Assembly: GCA_039194325.1 (NCBI GenBank)
Contig: JBCCWC010000001.1
Span: forward strand, 96,001-160,000
Source: Myxococcota bacterium
GTDB taxonomy: Bacteria > Myxococcota_A > Polyangia > Nannocystales > Nannocystaceae
DNA length: 64,000 nucleotides
Direction of reading: 5' to 3'
Each line of letters begins with the position of its first letter. The stretch's first letter is position 1. Below the pieces are notes generated by a model, which was given only the letters and a program-made list of their open reading frames with translations, did no database searches and had not been told where the DNA came from. This document shows positions 39,327 through 49,525 of this stretch, one piece after another. Position numbers and translations under genes: made by a program.

Positions 39327-39485
39327 TTGAACTGGGCTGAAATCCAAAGCGCCCTGGTCTAAACAAGATTGAAGCTATACTTATAGGAGCTCGTCGCTCA
39401 CGAGAGGAACGAATGACACAAGAGGTCAACGAGCTATTCGTGTTCAGACGAAGAAGGCAGCGCCTAGCCGCCACCCACGCGTGGG

Positions 39486-40403
39486 TCAGCCATGCGCGAT
39501 CTCCAGCTGCGGGATCCCCAGCCGGATCTGGTCCGCTCCCCGGCGCCGCTCGATGAGTCGAGCCACGTCGAGCACCCCCGCGTCGGCGAATTGTCGGCGG
39601 GCGCGATGGATCCACAGGTTGAGCCGCTTGCGGTCGACCTGCAGGCGCTGGACAAGGTCGTCCAGGTAGACCCACCCGTGTTCCGAGTCGTGCAGCCCAG
39701 GCTGCTCGTGGTCGGTGATGCGGGCCCGGGCCAGGGTCAGCAGGAAGAAATCGTGAGCGCGGGCCTTGAGGGGGATCACCCGCGATCCCTGACGGACCCC
39801 GATCGCCACGTGCTCCTCGTCGCGGCTGACCTGGAAGTTCAGGCCAATGAGGGTGACGCTCATCCTCACGTCGCGCAGCTTCTCGGTGGCCTTGACCTCG
39901 CCGGGCAGGTTGATGCACCACTGGCGGCCGTCCACCACGAGCGTTTGCTGATCGACGACCGCCGCGAGGCTCTCCTCGGTCTCGAGCAGCCAACCTCCCT
40001 CGGCCGACTCCAACAGCGTGAACTTCGGGTTGTCCTCGGAGGGCAGGCACAAGAGCCCACGCTCGGCGCGCTGCATGCTCCCGTCGGAGCTGGTGATCAC
40101 CAGCTGCGGAGGGGACGCGTCGATCACGTCGAAGCTGTTCTCGGGGGCGCCGAACTGGATCTGTGCCCCGTACAGCAGAGCTCGGCGTTCTTTGGGGGCC
40201 AGGGCTTGGCCGTCTAGCGTGGTCCCGTTGCTGCTGCCCAAGTCGCGCACCGTCCATCGCTCCCCGTTCCAGGCGATCTCGGCGTGGATCCCCGAGACCT
40301 GGGCGCTGGATAGCTGCAGGTGGCAGGTGGTCAGGCGACCGACCAGCGTGCGAGTCGCCAGCGGGAACCGCTGCTTGGTGAAGGTGTTCTTGAGCGTCGC
40401 CAT
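39486..40403 (-). CDS. FHA domain protein with C-terminal winged-helix-like region
   Basis: LVGR...C.L.L....VSGIHAEI.W....W.VRDLGSSNGT; C-terminal NLWIHRARRQF...IERR. Confidence 0.88.
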   Translation of the reverse strand: MATLKNTFTKQRFPLATRTLVGRLTTCHLQLSSAQVSGIHAEIAWNGERWTVRDLGSSNGTTLDGQALAPKERRALLYGAQIQFGAPENSFDVIDASPPQLVITSSDGSMQRAERGLLCLPSEDNPKFTLLESAEGGWLLETEESLAAVVDQQTLVVDGRQWCINLPGEVKATEKLRDVRMSVTLIGLNFQVSRDEEHVAIGVRQGSRVIPLKARAHDFFLLTLARARITDHEQPGLHDSEHGWVYLDDLVQRLQVDRKRLNLWIHRARRQFADAGVLDVARLIERRRGADQIRLGIPQLEIAHG

Positions 40404-40457
40404 GGACAAGCGCATCGATGCTATCGCACCTTGCGCACCGCTCGGTGAACGCGTGGT

Positions 40458-40487
40458 GTAGTGCCGTATTCAACGCGGCACTACTTT
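40458..40487. terminator. Hairpin, possible intrinsic terminator or operator
   Basis: GTAGTGCCG-N9-CGGCACTAC followed by TTT on the plus strand. Confidence 0.35.
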
Positions 40488-40519
40488 GCGGCATCGAGTA
40501 CGAGTGACCAGCTCCGCGA

Positions 40520-41509
40520 TCAGTCACAGCCGATCGGCGCGGTAGCGATCACTACGTCGTCGACAGACAGCTCCACCGGACCCACCGCCTGGGGCGGCAG
40601 CAGCACCCCGATCCCAACCCGCCCGAAGCCCTCCGCCGGACGCGTATCCCCGGGCTCCTCGGCCAGCACCACCTCGCCGTCCACCCGAACCTCGGCCGTC
40701 CCCTCGACATCGTCGATCGTGACGCGGAGCTCCACGCAGTGCCACTGCCCCGAGGTCACCAGGCCTCCGCCCACCTCGGTGAGGCTGCCGACCTTGTTGA
40801 CCACCATCAGGCCGCCCTCGGACCGAAGGTCGAGTGACATCCGCATGTCCGGGTGCGAGGGGATCTGCATCAGCTCGTGGTGGATCCCCCATGGATCCAC
40901 GGTGCTGATATCGTCGACTCGCACGTAGCTGCGGACCGCCAGCATCCCTTCCACCAGGGGTTCGTCGAGCCCGAAGCGCAGCATCGATCCCTCGCCTGGC
41001 AGCGCGCTCACCCGCGCCGAGATCGCGCCCTGGCTGGCTTGGCTCGCGTCGGTGACCACGGTGACGCTGGTCCATTGCGGCGAGATCCCCTGCTCGAAGC
41101 CGTCGCAGATGAGGACCCCCTCGTAGCGCTCCTCGCAGGGGGTGCCGATCGACGTGCAGCCCCCCAGCGTGCACGTGAGCCCCGGCTCGCACAGCTCGTC
41201 GTGGAACTCGAAGACACAGCGATCGTCCTCGCAGCGGACCTCCTCACAGTCGAAGCTCGAAACGCACTCTTCCACTGTCTCGCACGACGAGCCGTCGAAG
41301 CCCTCCGGGGGTTGCTCGCCCTCGGTCTCGCCCTCGGTCTCGGTCTCGGTGACCGAGCCGTTGCCCCCCGCCGTGGTGCCCTCAGCCGACCCTCCCTCGC
41401 CCGTCGCGGACCCGCTCCCGCCCGAGTACGCCCCCACGCTCAGCGCCTCGGGGGCCAAGCATCCCATCAGCAAGAATGCCGCCGCGCCCCCTAGCTGTCG
41501 GATCCGCAC
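40520..41509 (-). CDS. Cys-rich lipoprotein with C-terminal lectin-like beta domain
   Basis: Lipobox LMGC, Cys-rich segment, LICDGFE..GQWHCVEL.V..VRVDG..SVDDVVIATAPIGC. Confidence 0.7.
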   Translation of the reverse strand: MRIRQLGGAAAFLLMGCLAPEALSVGAYSGGSGSATGEGGSAEGTTAGGNGSVTETETEGETEGEQPPEGFDGSSCETVEECVSSFDCEEVRCEDDRCVFEFHDELCEPGLTCTLGGCTSIGTPCEERYEGVLICDGFEQGISPQWTSVTVVTDASQASQGAISARVSALPGEGSMLRFGLDEPLVEGMLAVRSYVRVDDISTVDPWGIHHELMQIPSHPDMRMSLDLRSEGGLMVVNKVGSLTEVGGGLVTSGQWHCVELRVTIDDVEGTAEVRVDGEVVLAEEPGDTRPAEGFGRVGIGVLLPPQAVGPVELSVDDVVIATAPIGCD

Positions 41510-41664
41510 CGGTGATCGATCCTATACCACGGGCACGGAGGCTCAGCGCAGGTGCGATCACGCTACACCCCGGACCGGTCATGTGTCATTTGGCCCCATG
41601 CAGGCCGGTCCGCCGGGGGCCACGGGCACGTTCGCGCATCGGACACTGCTACCATCACTGGCCG

Positions 41665-42060
41665 ATGCTTCCCCTGGAAGAACTCGAGGGTCGTTACGAC
41701 GCCCTCCGTGATCGCGACCGCACGATCGCCTCGCTGCAAAGCAAACAACGAATGATCAACACCTTCGAGCACTTGCTCGACAGTGATGCGCGTACACAGA
41801 TCGAAGCTCAGCTACGCGACGCACTCGATCATGTTCGCACGCTCGCCCGGACCCTCGCCCTGGAGCTGGCCCGCACGGTGTTCGTGGAGCTGGCCATTGA
41901 CGACCTGGCCCGGATCACTACCCAGCTGCGTCAGTTCGAGCATTACCTCGATCAGGAGCCTTCCAACCGGCTCGAGGCGTGTGGCGATCTGCTCACTTTC
42001 CTGCGCGAGCTCCGAGAGACCGATGCCCCGATCCGGCCGCGACCGCGGCTTTCGGAGTGA
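41665..42060 (+). CDS. Hypothetical helical protein
   Basis: ORF from ATG 41665 with typical codon bias. Confidence 0.55.
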   Translation: MLPLEELEGRYDALRDRDRTIASLQSKQRMINTFEHLLDSDARTQIEAQLRDALDHVRTLARTLALELARTVFVELAIDDLARITTQLRQFEHYLDQEPSNRLEACGDLLTFLRELRETDAPIRPRPRLSE

Positions 42061-42097
42061 TCGCGCGCCGACGGGATGACCTCCGATCGGCGTCTTC

Positions 42098-42553
42098 GTG
42101 CCACGTCGCGAGCCGCAGCACCGTGGCGTGACCGGGCTCGCCATAGCTGCCATGCTAGGCGCCGTGCCCATGCTGCAGATCGGCCTCGGCTTGGCGGTGT
42201 TCGCCGTGGTGGCATGGGTCGTGTTCTTGGTGGGGCAATTGGCCAGCGCCCAGCAGCGCGCACGCGAGTCCGAGGCCGAGGCCGAGGAGGCCGAGCGCAT
42301 GCGGAGCCGTCGCGAGGCTCGCCTCCCGGGCGGCAGCCCCGCTCACCCCATCGAGGTCGCTTCGGCCGCGGTCATCGAGCCACGCGCGACCTCGCTGCCC
42401 TGCCCGCGCTGCGCGGGCCCAGCCCATGTCGACGAGCACACGGTCCACAGCGAGGGACAACAGCGGCTCCGCGTCACCCACATGCGCTGCGGCAGCTGCG
42501 GACATCGACGACCGATCTACTTCGTACTGCGCCGCTCCGCCGCCGAGGCTTGA
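42098..42553 (+). CDS. Membrane-anchored Zn-ribbon protein
   Basis: N-terminal TM, GGSPAHPIEVASAAVIE, CPRC...CGSC. Confidence 0.65.
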   Translation: MPRREPQHRGVTGLAIAAMLGAVPMLQIGLGLAVFAVVAWVVFLVGQLASAQQRARESEAEAEEAERMRSRREARLPGGSPAHPIEVASAAVIEPRATSLPCPRCAGPAHVDEHTVHSEGQQRLRVTHMRCGSCGHRRPIYFVLRRSAAEA

Positions 42554-42564
42554 GCTCACCACGC

Positions 42565-43440
42565 TTAGCCCTCGCCACCCATGGCCCGCGGTCGTGCGGG
42601 ATCGGTGATCCACTCGCTCCACGACCCGGGATATAGGCGCGGCAGAGGCAACCCCGCGTGGGCCATGGCCAGCAGATCGTGGCAGGCGGTGACCCCCGAG
42701 CCACAGTAGGCGATCGCACGCGCGGGGTCGGCCCCGCCTAGTTGCTCCTCGAAGCGAGCGCGCAATTGCTCGGGCGGCAAGAAGCGACGATCCTCGCCGA
42801 GGTTGCCCATGCAGGGCACGCTACGAGCCCCCGGGATGTGACCGGCCACCGGATCGGTAGGCTCTTGCTCTCCTCGGTAGCGAGGACCCGAGCGAGCATC
42901 GAGCAAGACCTGGGTGGGATCGCCGACCCCAACGAGGACTTCGCTCGCCTCGACCGCGGCGACCAAGGGCTCGCCCACCATAAAGCTCACCGACGCGCCT
43001 TCGTCCCCGATCTTCCCGGGCTTCGCACCCGGCGCCAGCGAATGGCCGTCCTGACTCCAGGCCGTGATCCCGCCATCGAGCACGGCGACGGCTCGATGTC
43101 CTACCCAGCGCAGCATCCACCACAAGCGGGATGCGAACGCACCCCCTCGATCGTCGAAGACCACTACTTGAGTATTGGCCTCGATCCCCCAACGGCCGAG
43201 CGTGACGCCGAAGATGGAGCGGATCGGAAGTGGGTGGCGGCCGGTCGTCCCGGGGACCACCGGCCCACTCAGATCATCGTCTAGGTGGGCGTAGAGGGCC
43301 CCGGGAATCGTGGCGGCCGCATGCTTGAGCGCCCCGGCGCCAGGATCGTTCAGCTCGAAGCGACAGTCGATCGGCTGCCAGTCGCTGCGTTCGAGGTGAG
43401 CGGCGAGGGTGGCGACGTCGACGAGGGTCTCGTAGGTCAT
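42565..43440 (-). CDS. sseA: Sulfurtransferase (tandem rhodanese, SseA/TST family)
   Basis: IPGALY, GRHPLP, ASRLWWMLRWVGH, VLDGG, LLDARS..RY.GE.EP.DPVAGHIPGA, YCGSGVTAC, LYPGSWSEW. Confidence 0.92.
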   Translation of the reverse strand: MTYETLVDVATLAAHLERSDWQPIDCRFELNDPGAGALKHAAATIPGALYAHLDDDLSGPVVPGTTGRHPLPIRSIFGVTLGRWGIEANTQVVVFDDRGGAFASRLWWMLRWVGHRAVAVLDGGITAWSQDGHSLAPGAKPGKIGDEGASVSFMVGEPLVAAVEASEVLVGVGDPTQVLLDARSGPRYRGEQEPTDPVAGHIPGARSVPCMGNLGEDRRFLPPEQLRARFEEQLGGADPARAIAYCGSGVTACHDLLAMAHAGLPLPRLYPGSWSEWITDPARPRAMGGEG

Positions 43441-43546
43441 GGTGGGCGTAGTCCTTTCTTTGCACACCCAACGACCGAACGAAAGGGCCATCAGCATGGA
43501 TCGCCCGCTCGTCGGTCGTGGACGGTGTGCCATCTTGACTGGGTCG

Positions 43547-44593
43547 ATGTTCGAAGACACGAAGCCCAACGTGGTGGTGTTCGGCGACAGCAACACCGTA
43601 TCGTTGGGGCCCGCTTGGGCGGCAGCCCTGGTCCGTACGGGGTGGCCCGCGTCGCAGATCGTGGTGCACCACCGCGCAGGGACCACGCCTCGCCACTGGC
43701 TGCCCAAGACCCATTCCCTTCATCACTCGAGGTTCGGGGCGCTGTGGACCCGTAGGTCTCGAAATCAGCCGGCTCTCCGCGATGCACTCAGTGCCGCCAC
43801 CCGCCTGGTCATCATCGGGCTGGGCGGCAACATGATGCCGGGTTCACGCGACGAACCCTCGGTCGAGGCGCTGCTCGATCAGGTCGTTGCACTGGCCCCA
43901 TCGGCCCGCCTGGTGTGGCGGGGACCACCGCCCTCCACCGCCACCCGCGACGGGGTCGTGGCCAGTCGGACGATCCGCGCCAGCCGGTATCGGCGCAACG
44001 GCATGCTCAAGCATCTGCTGGCCCCGCTGCACTTCGAGGTCAACGCCCCGCTCGACCCGGCGGCCGAGCGCGTCTACCTCGACGTACTCGCGCTCCACGC
44101 GTGCGGACCCACGCGGGGGCTATCGCTAGGCACCGGCCGCGACGCGGACTACGAGGCCGAACGCCGGCTGGTTGCCTCGCTGGCTGGCGATCGCTTCGCC
44201 CGCGGCGAGAAGGCCGTACGCGGGCCATGGACCTCGTTCGTGCGGGCTCGCGACTCGCTCCCCTCCCACGTTCCTCGTGCCGCGGCGGTCGAGCTGGCCC
44301 GGCACGTGGCCGAGCGCGGGTATCTGCAGGCGTCCCGACACCCGCTGCGCTTGCCCCTGCCCGCCACGGTGGTCGACCGACACGCTCGCCTGCGCCGCGG
44401 GCCACCGGACTTTGCGTGGATCCGAGGGCATACCCTCGAGTACGGGCGACGCGTGCTCTTGCGAACCTGGCGGGGTCGCTTTGGTGAGGTGCTCGATGCT
44501 CGCACCCGCGAGCCGCTGGGGTGGACACTGCGGGTCAACGTGCTGCCGGACTCCTCGCCGATGATGGGTCGGGTGCGGGCACAGGCCGGCTGA
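43547..44593 (+). CDS. Hypothetical protein, SGNH-hydrolase-like N-terminus and SH3-like C-terminus
   Basis: VVVFGDS, VIIGLGGN, VWRGPP; C-terminal ARLRRGPP..GW. Confidence 0.55.
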   Translation: MFEDTKPNVVVFGDSNTVSLGPAWAAALVRTGWPASQIVVHHRAGTTPRHWLPKTHSLHHSRFGALWTRRSRNQPALRDALSAATRLVIIGLGGNMMPGSRDEPSVEALLDQVVALAPSARLVWRGPPPSTATRDGVVASRTIRASRYRRNGMLKHLLAPLHFEVNAPLDPAAERVYLDVLALHACGPTRGLSLGTGRDADYEAERRLVASLAGDRFARGEKAVRGPWTSFVRARDSLPSHVPRAAAVELARHVAERGYLQASRHPLRLPLPATVVDRHARLRRGPPDFAWIRGHTLEYGRRVLLRTWRGRFGEVLDARTREPLGWTLRVNVLPDSSPMMGRVRAQAG

Positions 44594-44625
44594 TGTGGGC
44601 ATGACTGTCGCGCGGGTGTTCGGGC

Positions 44626-46215
44626 TCAGCAGGCAGGGTTGGCCGCGCCCGGGGTGCCGGCGTTGTTGCACCAATTGACGGCGTCGTCGTTGCTCGTGGC
44701 GTCGTAAGCGCCGGGATCGAGGCTCATGCTCTGGCCCGGGGCATTGGGGAACGTGCCGTCGTAGACGACCTCGTCCACCAGCGAGACTCCGCAGAGCAGG
44801 CGAACGGCATCGGGGTTGCCCAGGGTAAAGCTGGCCGCAGGCCATGAGTAGTCGGGGACGAGGCCGGGAGTGGCATCGGTATCGGTCGCGAACACTCGGT
44901 ACCCGCCCCCTGTGATCGGCAAGTCGCTCGTGATGAAGAACGACTGACCTGTATCGTTCTGGATCTGACAGTTTCGCAGCTCGAGGACGTCAATCGTAGT
45001 ATTGTACACCTCGAACCACTGACCGCCGGGCAGAACAGGCATCGACATGATCTCGGTGATGGTCACCTCGCCCGAGGTCGGTTGCGGATAGTTGGTACAA
45101 TTGCTTTCATCATAGACGCACGAGGGGCTGCAGCCGAGATCCCCTCCCGTATAGCCCACGTTCAGGGTGAGGCAGTTGTCACCGAGAGGAATGGTTCCTT
45201 CGCAATCCTCGCCCGGATCGACATAATCGTTGCCACAATTTGTGCAGCCGGAGAGATCGAACTCACAGTCTCCCCCGCACGCCAGCGTCCCCGTGTAGAA
45301 CCCCTGGCTCTCGCAGGTCTCGCCGTCCAGGTCGAACCCATCGCAGGATTCGTCCCCATCGATCACGTCGTTGCCACAAAAGTTGCATCCCGATGTATCG
45401 AAGGAGCCGCAGTCTGCGCTGCACCCGAGCACCCCGCCGACGAAACCTTGGCCGAGGCTGGCGCAATCCTGGCCATCGAGCTCAACGCCGTCGCACACCT
45501 CGTCGCCTTCGATCACGTCGTTGCCGCAGCTCTCGCAGTTGGTCGTATCGAAGGCCAAGCAGTCCGTCGCGCATCCGAGGATACCTCCCCCGAAGCCCTG
45601 GCTCGGGCAGTCTTGACCCACCAGGTTGTCCGAGTCGCAGGCTTCGGCCGGCTCGATCGTTCCGTTGCCACAGATCCCACAGCCAGACGTGTCGATCGTG
45701 CAATTTGGCAGGCAAATGAGCTCTCCGTTGTCGAACCCTCCACCAACTACCTTCGTCTGGCAGGAGAGGCCTCCAAACTGCTCCAGATCGCACTGCTCCC
45801 CTTCGTCCACCATACCATTGCCACAGCGCTCACAGCTTGCCTCGTCGAACGAGCAATCATCCGCGCACAGAAGGCGCCCCCCGGGATAGCCCAGGGACTC
45901 GCAGTCCTCGCCGTTCAGATCGTCCCCATCGCAATCCTCGTTGCCCTGCACGAGCCCATCGCCGCACACGATCATGATGATGTCGCTCGTCGACGACTCA
46001 CTCGATGCCACGCTCGGTACCGAGGTGCTCCCTTCACCCGAGCTGCTCCCTTCATCAACGCTGCTCCCGACCCCCGAGCTCGACTCCCCCGCGGTGCTAC
46101 TGCTCTCGGGCAAGAACCCCTCGATGCCGGGAAACTCGGGCCGACACCCGATCGCCATTACGGTGACGGCCACCGCTCCGACCTCCGCCCGAGTCATGAT
46201 GCTCCGACTGCTCAT
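44626..46215 (-). CDS. Lipoprotein with myxobacterial Cys-rich repeats and C-terminal lamin-tail domain
   Basis: Lipobox AIGC; about six CG(N/D)..E.CD..DL.G..C...G...G.L.C...C.FD.S.C repeats; VTITEIM, WFEVYN, VDEVVY, GTPGAAN. Confidence 0.88.
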   Translation of the reverse strand: MSSRSIMTRAEVGAVAVTVMAIGCRPEFPGIEGFLPESSSTAGESSSGVGSSVDEGSSSGEGSTSVPSVASSESSTSDIIMIVCGDGLVQGNEDCDGDDLNGEDCESLGYPGGRLLCADDCSFDEASCERCGNGMVDEGEQCDLEQFGGLSCQTKVVGGGFDNGELICLPNCTIDTSGCGICGNGTIEPAEACDSDNLVGQDCPSQGFGGGILGCATDCLAFDTTNCESCGNDVIEGDEVCDGVELDGQDCASLGQGFVGGVLGCSADCGSFDTSGCNFCGNDVIDGDESCDGFDLDGETCESQGFYTGTLACGGDCEFDLSGCTNCGNDYVDPGEDCEGTIPLGDNCLTLNVGYTGGDLGCSPSCVYDESNCTNYPQPTSGEVTITEIMSMPVLPGGQWFEVYNTTIDVLELRNCQIQNDTGQSFFITSDLPITGGGYRVFATDTDATPGLVPDYSWPAASFTLGNPDAVRLLCGVSLVDEVVYDGTFPNAPGQSMSLDPGAYDATSNDDAVNWCNNAGTPGAANPAC

Positions 46216-46219
46216 CTCC

Positions 46220-47575
46220 TCAGAACCTCGTAGATAGCGACAATCCTACCCGAGAGCGCGACAGCGTGGGCACGAGCTGGGCCCGCTGTGCGGATTTTGC
46301 TTCCCCCCGGCGACCCTTCACGAGCTTGACGATCCCCACGACGCTCATGGCAATGCCGCCGGCCGCGAGCGCCGAGCCTCCCACGATCATCGAGATGTTG
46401 CGTCGACTCGCCTGCTGCTCGTAGTCATCGACTACGCTCGCATATCCGTCGTAGTCGAAGCCCGGCACATCGTCCTGCGTCTGATCGGCCTGGACTCTCG
46501 CATCCCGTATGTCCCGGTCGGCCTCCCGACCAAAGGCCACGGGCTCTGCGATCAGCGCCGCCCCGGCCCCGGTGGCCGCGACTCCCACCGACAGCAGGAC
46601 GATCGGGACCACCCGCGAGGGGCCTTCGGGGGCGTCGGTCGTCGGAGGCTTGCGCCGGCGACGACGCCGTTTCTTCTTCGGCTCGACCTCGGGGGGAGGC
46701 CCCTGCTCCAGCGTCTGCTCGGCCTCGGCGAGCCGCTCCTCGGCGTCATCGAGCAACGCCTGGAGATCCTCGCCGTGCGTGGCCGCGGCCGGCTTGATGG
46801 ATTCCTTGGACTCGCTCGCCGACGATGTATCTTCATCTGTGGGGGGGGGCTCGACGGTGGCCGCCGACGACTCGATCTCATAGCGCCGCAAGACATCGCG
46901 CGCTCCCTCCAGCTTGGCCAGGTTGGGCTCGATGTCGTCGTAGCCCTTGACCTGCTCGCCATAGGCCTTGAGGCGTAGGCTCGCGAGTCGAAGCGCAACG
47001 CGCACTCGGACCGCCTCGTCCCGCCTCTGGCGCTCCAGGGCCTCGAGCACCTCGGCGTAGCGGTCGGCCGCCGCCTGCAAGTCTTTTTGGGCCAGCGCTT
47101 GCTCGGCCGCGACCAGCGGATCTCGAACCTCGCGTAGTCGCGTGGCCTTGCGCTCCACCACTGGCAACAAGCTGGCGGTGCTATCTGCCCCTGTACCCCC
47201 GAGCCACAGCTCGAGCACGGCGAGTCCATCCTCGAGGCTCTGAGGGTCCAGCTCCTCGTCCGCCTCGAACGCTGACCAGTAGGCGCTCGACGACAGCACG
47301 GTGGCGCGTGCCCCCTCGTTGGCCCGCTGCTTTTGCTCCGACAGCGCCTCGAAGGCCTTGCGGTAGGCCCGGCCGGCGCCCGCGTAGTCACCGGCTTGCT
47401 CGAGCTGCTCTCCTTGTCGAAGCAGCTGCGAAGAGTTTTGCTCTGGCCCGGCCACCGGAGCCGCGGGGGAACCATCGGGTGAGCCCGCGGACACCTCAGC
47501 CAACGGCGTGGCTTCAGGCGGCGCAGACGAACCGAGGCCGAGACCGAATATCAACAGAGCATCGACGAAGCCCAT
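46220..47575 (-). CDS. Exported TPR-like protein with C-terminal TM segments
   Basis: Signal-like N-terminus, GDYAGAGRAYRKAF, two C-terminal hydrophobic helices, terminal GLSLSTRF. Confidence 0.65.
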   Translation of the reverse strand: MGFVDALLIFGLGLGSSAPPEATPLAEVSAGSPDGSPAAPVAGPEQNSSQLLRQGEQLEQAGDYAGAGRAYRKAFEALSEQKQRANEGARATVLSSSAYWSAFEADEELDPQSLEDGLAVLELWLGGTGADSTASLLPVVERKATRLREVRDPLVAAEQALAQKDLQAAADRYAEVLEALERQRRDEAVRVRVALRLASLRLKAYGEQVKGYDDIEPNLAKLEGARDVLRRYEIESSAATVEPPPTDEDTSSASESKESIKPAAATHGEDLQALLDDAEERLAEAEQTLEQGPPPEVEPKKKRRRRRRKPPTTDAPEGPSRVVPIVLLSVGVAATGAGAALIAEPVAFGREADRDIRDARVQADQTQDDVPGFDYDGYASVVDDYEQQASRRNISMIVGGSALAAGGIAMSVVGIVKLVKGRRGEAKSAQRAQLVPTLSRSRVGLSLSTRF

Positions 47576-47811
47576 GCGATCGACCCATTGAGGACAGCCG
47601 ACGGCCGTGAACAAGGCCTTGGCCGGAGCCGAACATACTCCATCGGTAGACATCGACCCACCCGATCGAACGATCAAAGGCCGACCCATTCGGGAGATCC
47701 GACGCCGATTCGTACATCGAGCCGGATGAAGGACCAGCCGATGTCACGTTCGGGAATTCATGGCGCTGCGGATCGTCGCGGTTGGCGGGCGCTGGCCCGA
47801 GCTCGTCTCGC

Positions 47812-49467
47812 TCAGTGCAGCGTCTCGTCGCCCGAGCGGATCGCCCGGATCCCCGACCCGGTCCGCAGCTCGGCATGCGTGGTGTTGCCGATCGCGATCA
47901 CGTCGACCTCGGGCTTGGTCTTGTCGAACAACGAAGGGAAGGCCCCCTCGGCCCCGTAGCGCGCACGAACGCGCTCGTAGAGCACGTGATCGAACATCTC
48001 GACGAACTCCTCGGAGGTCATGAAGGTATCCGCATAGAGGAACGAGTAGCCCCCCACCTCGCGGGTGAAGTGCTCCATGGCCCGCATGGCCAGCGTGGCG
48101 TTGTAGGGCTCACCCCGCTTGACCGCCGCCGGCACCCCATAGACTCCCAGATCGTTATACATGCCCACGTTGGTGCCCGGGATCTTGGTGTCTTCCCGCG
48201 GTGGCCGTAGCTGCCCCGAGGCCGGGCCATGGTCGAAGATCGCGCACGGGTAGACCAGCACGGGGTAGATGTCGAACAGGTGCTCCGACAGCTCGATCGC
48301 GCGCTCGAGGGAGGTCAGCGGCAGCACGATGTCCTGGAACACCTGCTTGGTGAAGGTGAGCTCGCGGATCCCCGGGGTGGTGGTGAGCTTGAGGAATTGG
48401 ATCCGCGGCGGGCACATCCAGCCCAGCAGCACCCGGAACAGCGGGTGGTTGCCAAAGGGGATCATGTCTCGCAGCGTCCAGAAGATCGCCCGGTCGTGAC
48501 GATGGAGATAGTGGCGCAGCGGGACCAGCTCCTCGCCCCCCTCGCCCGCCAAGAAGCTCTCCACATGCTTGAAGAACCAGGGCTTGTACCAGCGGTTGAC
48601 CGGGTTCTCCCGCGCGCGGTCCTCGGCCGTGGTGGGAGTATCGAAATCACCCCACATCACCACGGCTTGTTCCTTGGAGAAGATCGTGGCCTCGACGAAG
48701 TCGGGGCGCGGCTCGCTCATCGATAGCTCGCGGATGCGGGCGCAGTATGCCGCCTGCGACCGATGGGGTTCGTAGCGCAGCCGCACGTGGGACTGGATCG
48801 GGATGATCTGGATCGTCAGGCCGACGAGGAAGCCCAGCGTGCCGTGTGACCAGGGCAGAGCCCCGAAGAGATCCGCGTGCTCCTGCGCGGTGGCGGTGAC
48901 CACCCGGCCATCCGCGCAGACGACCTCGTAGGCCACCACCGTCTCCTGGTAGAGCCCGACCTTGTGCGAGTGGGTCGTCATGCCCACCGCCATGGCCAGC
49001 CCTCCCACCGTGGCATCTTCGACCTCGAGGGTCACCGCGAGCATGTACCCGTGCTTCTCGAGCTCGCGGGTGATCTCCCCCACGGTGACCAGCGGCTCGG
49101 TGGTCACCGTGCGACGTTCGGGGTCGATCTTCAAGATCGAGCGCAGGTTGCCGAGGCGAATGCGGTGGAGCGCCTTCTTGTCGACGAAGCGAGTCGAGAG
49201 GTTCACCCAGGGGGCGCGATCGGTACACATGGGCCGCCGCTCCGCCTTTGGTTGCTGGGCCCAGCGCTGCACCTGCTCCTGGATCGCTCGTACCCGCTGC
49301 TCGTGATCCTCGGGCGAGGACTGGCGCCGCTGCACCCACTGCCGCGCGCGATAGCCCAGGCCGAAGATCTTGCTCGCCGGCAGGCAGAACCCCACGATCA
49401 CGGCGACCCGGTGCCGGGTCATGAAGTCGGCAAAGCGCTTGTCCAGAGCACGCAGCAGGGAACGCAT
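47812..49467 (-). CDS. dhcr24: Delta(24)-sterol reductase (DHCR24/DWF1-like FAD oxidoreductase)
   Basis: HEQRVRAIQEQV, MCTDR, EPLVTVG, TVGGL, SHKVGL, LPWSHGTLGFLV, YKPWFFKHVE, PLRHYLHRH, IPFGNHPLFR.LLGWM.PP, LYAD..M..EEF.EMFD; these match the eukaryotic DHCR24 pattern along the full length. Confidence 0.9.
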   Translation of the reverse strand: MRSLLRALDKRFADFMTRHRVAVIVGFCLPASKIFGLGYRARQWVQRRQSSPEDHEQRVRAIQEQVQRWAQQPKAERRPMCTDRAPWVNLSTRFVDKKALHRIRLGNLRSILKIDPERRTVTTEPLVTVGEITRELEKHGYMLAVTLEVEDATVGGLAMAVGMTTHSHKVGLYQETVVAYEVVCADGRVVTATAQEHADLFGALPWSHGTLGFLVGLTIQIIPIQSHVRLRYEPHRSQAAYCARIRELSMSEPRPDFVEATIFSKEQAVVMWGDFDTPTTAEDRARENPVNRWYKPWFFKHVESFLAGEGGEELVPLRHYLHRHDRAIFWTLRDMIPFGNHPLFRVLLGWMCPPRIQFLKLTTTPGIRELTFTKQVFQDIVLPLTSLERAIELSEHLFDIYPVLVYPCAIFDHGPASGQLRPPREDTKIPGTNVGMYNDLGVYGVPAAVKRGEPYNATLAMRAMEHFTREVGGYSFLYADTFMTSEEFVEMFDHVLYERVRARYGAEGAFPSLFDKTKPEVDVIAIGNTTHAELRTGSGIRAIRSGDETLH

Positions 49468-49525
49468 GGGTGCAGTCTACACCACGGGTTCCGTCGACTG
49501 GCTCGGCTCGCCCTACGACAGCGCG

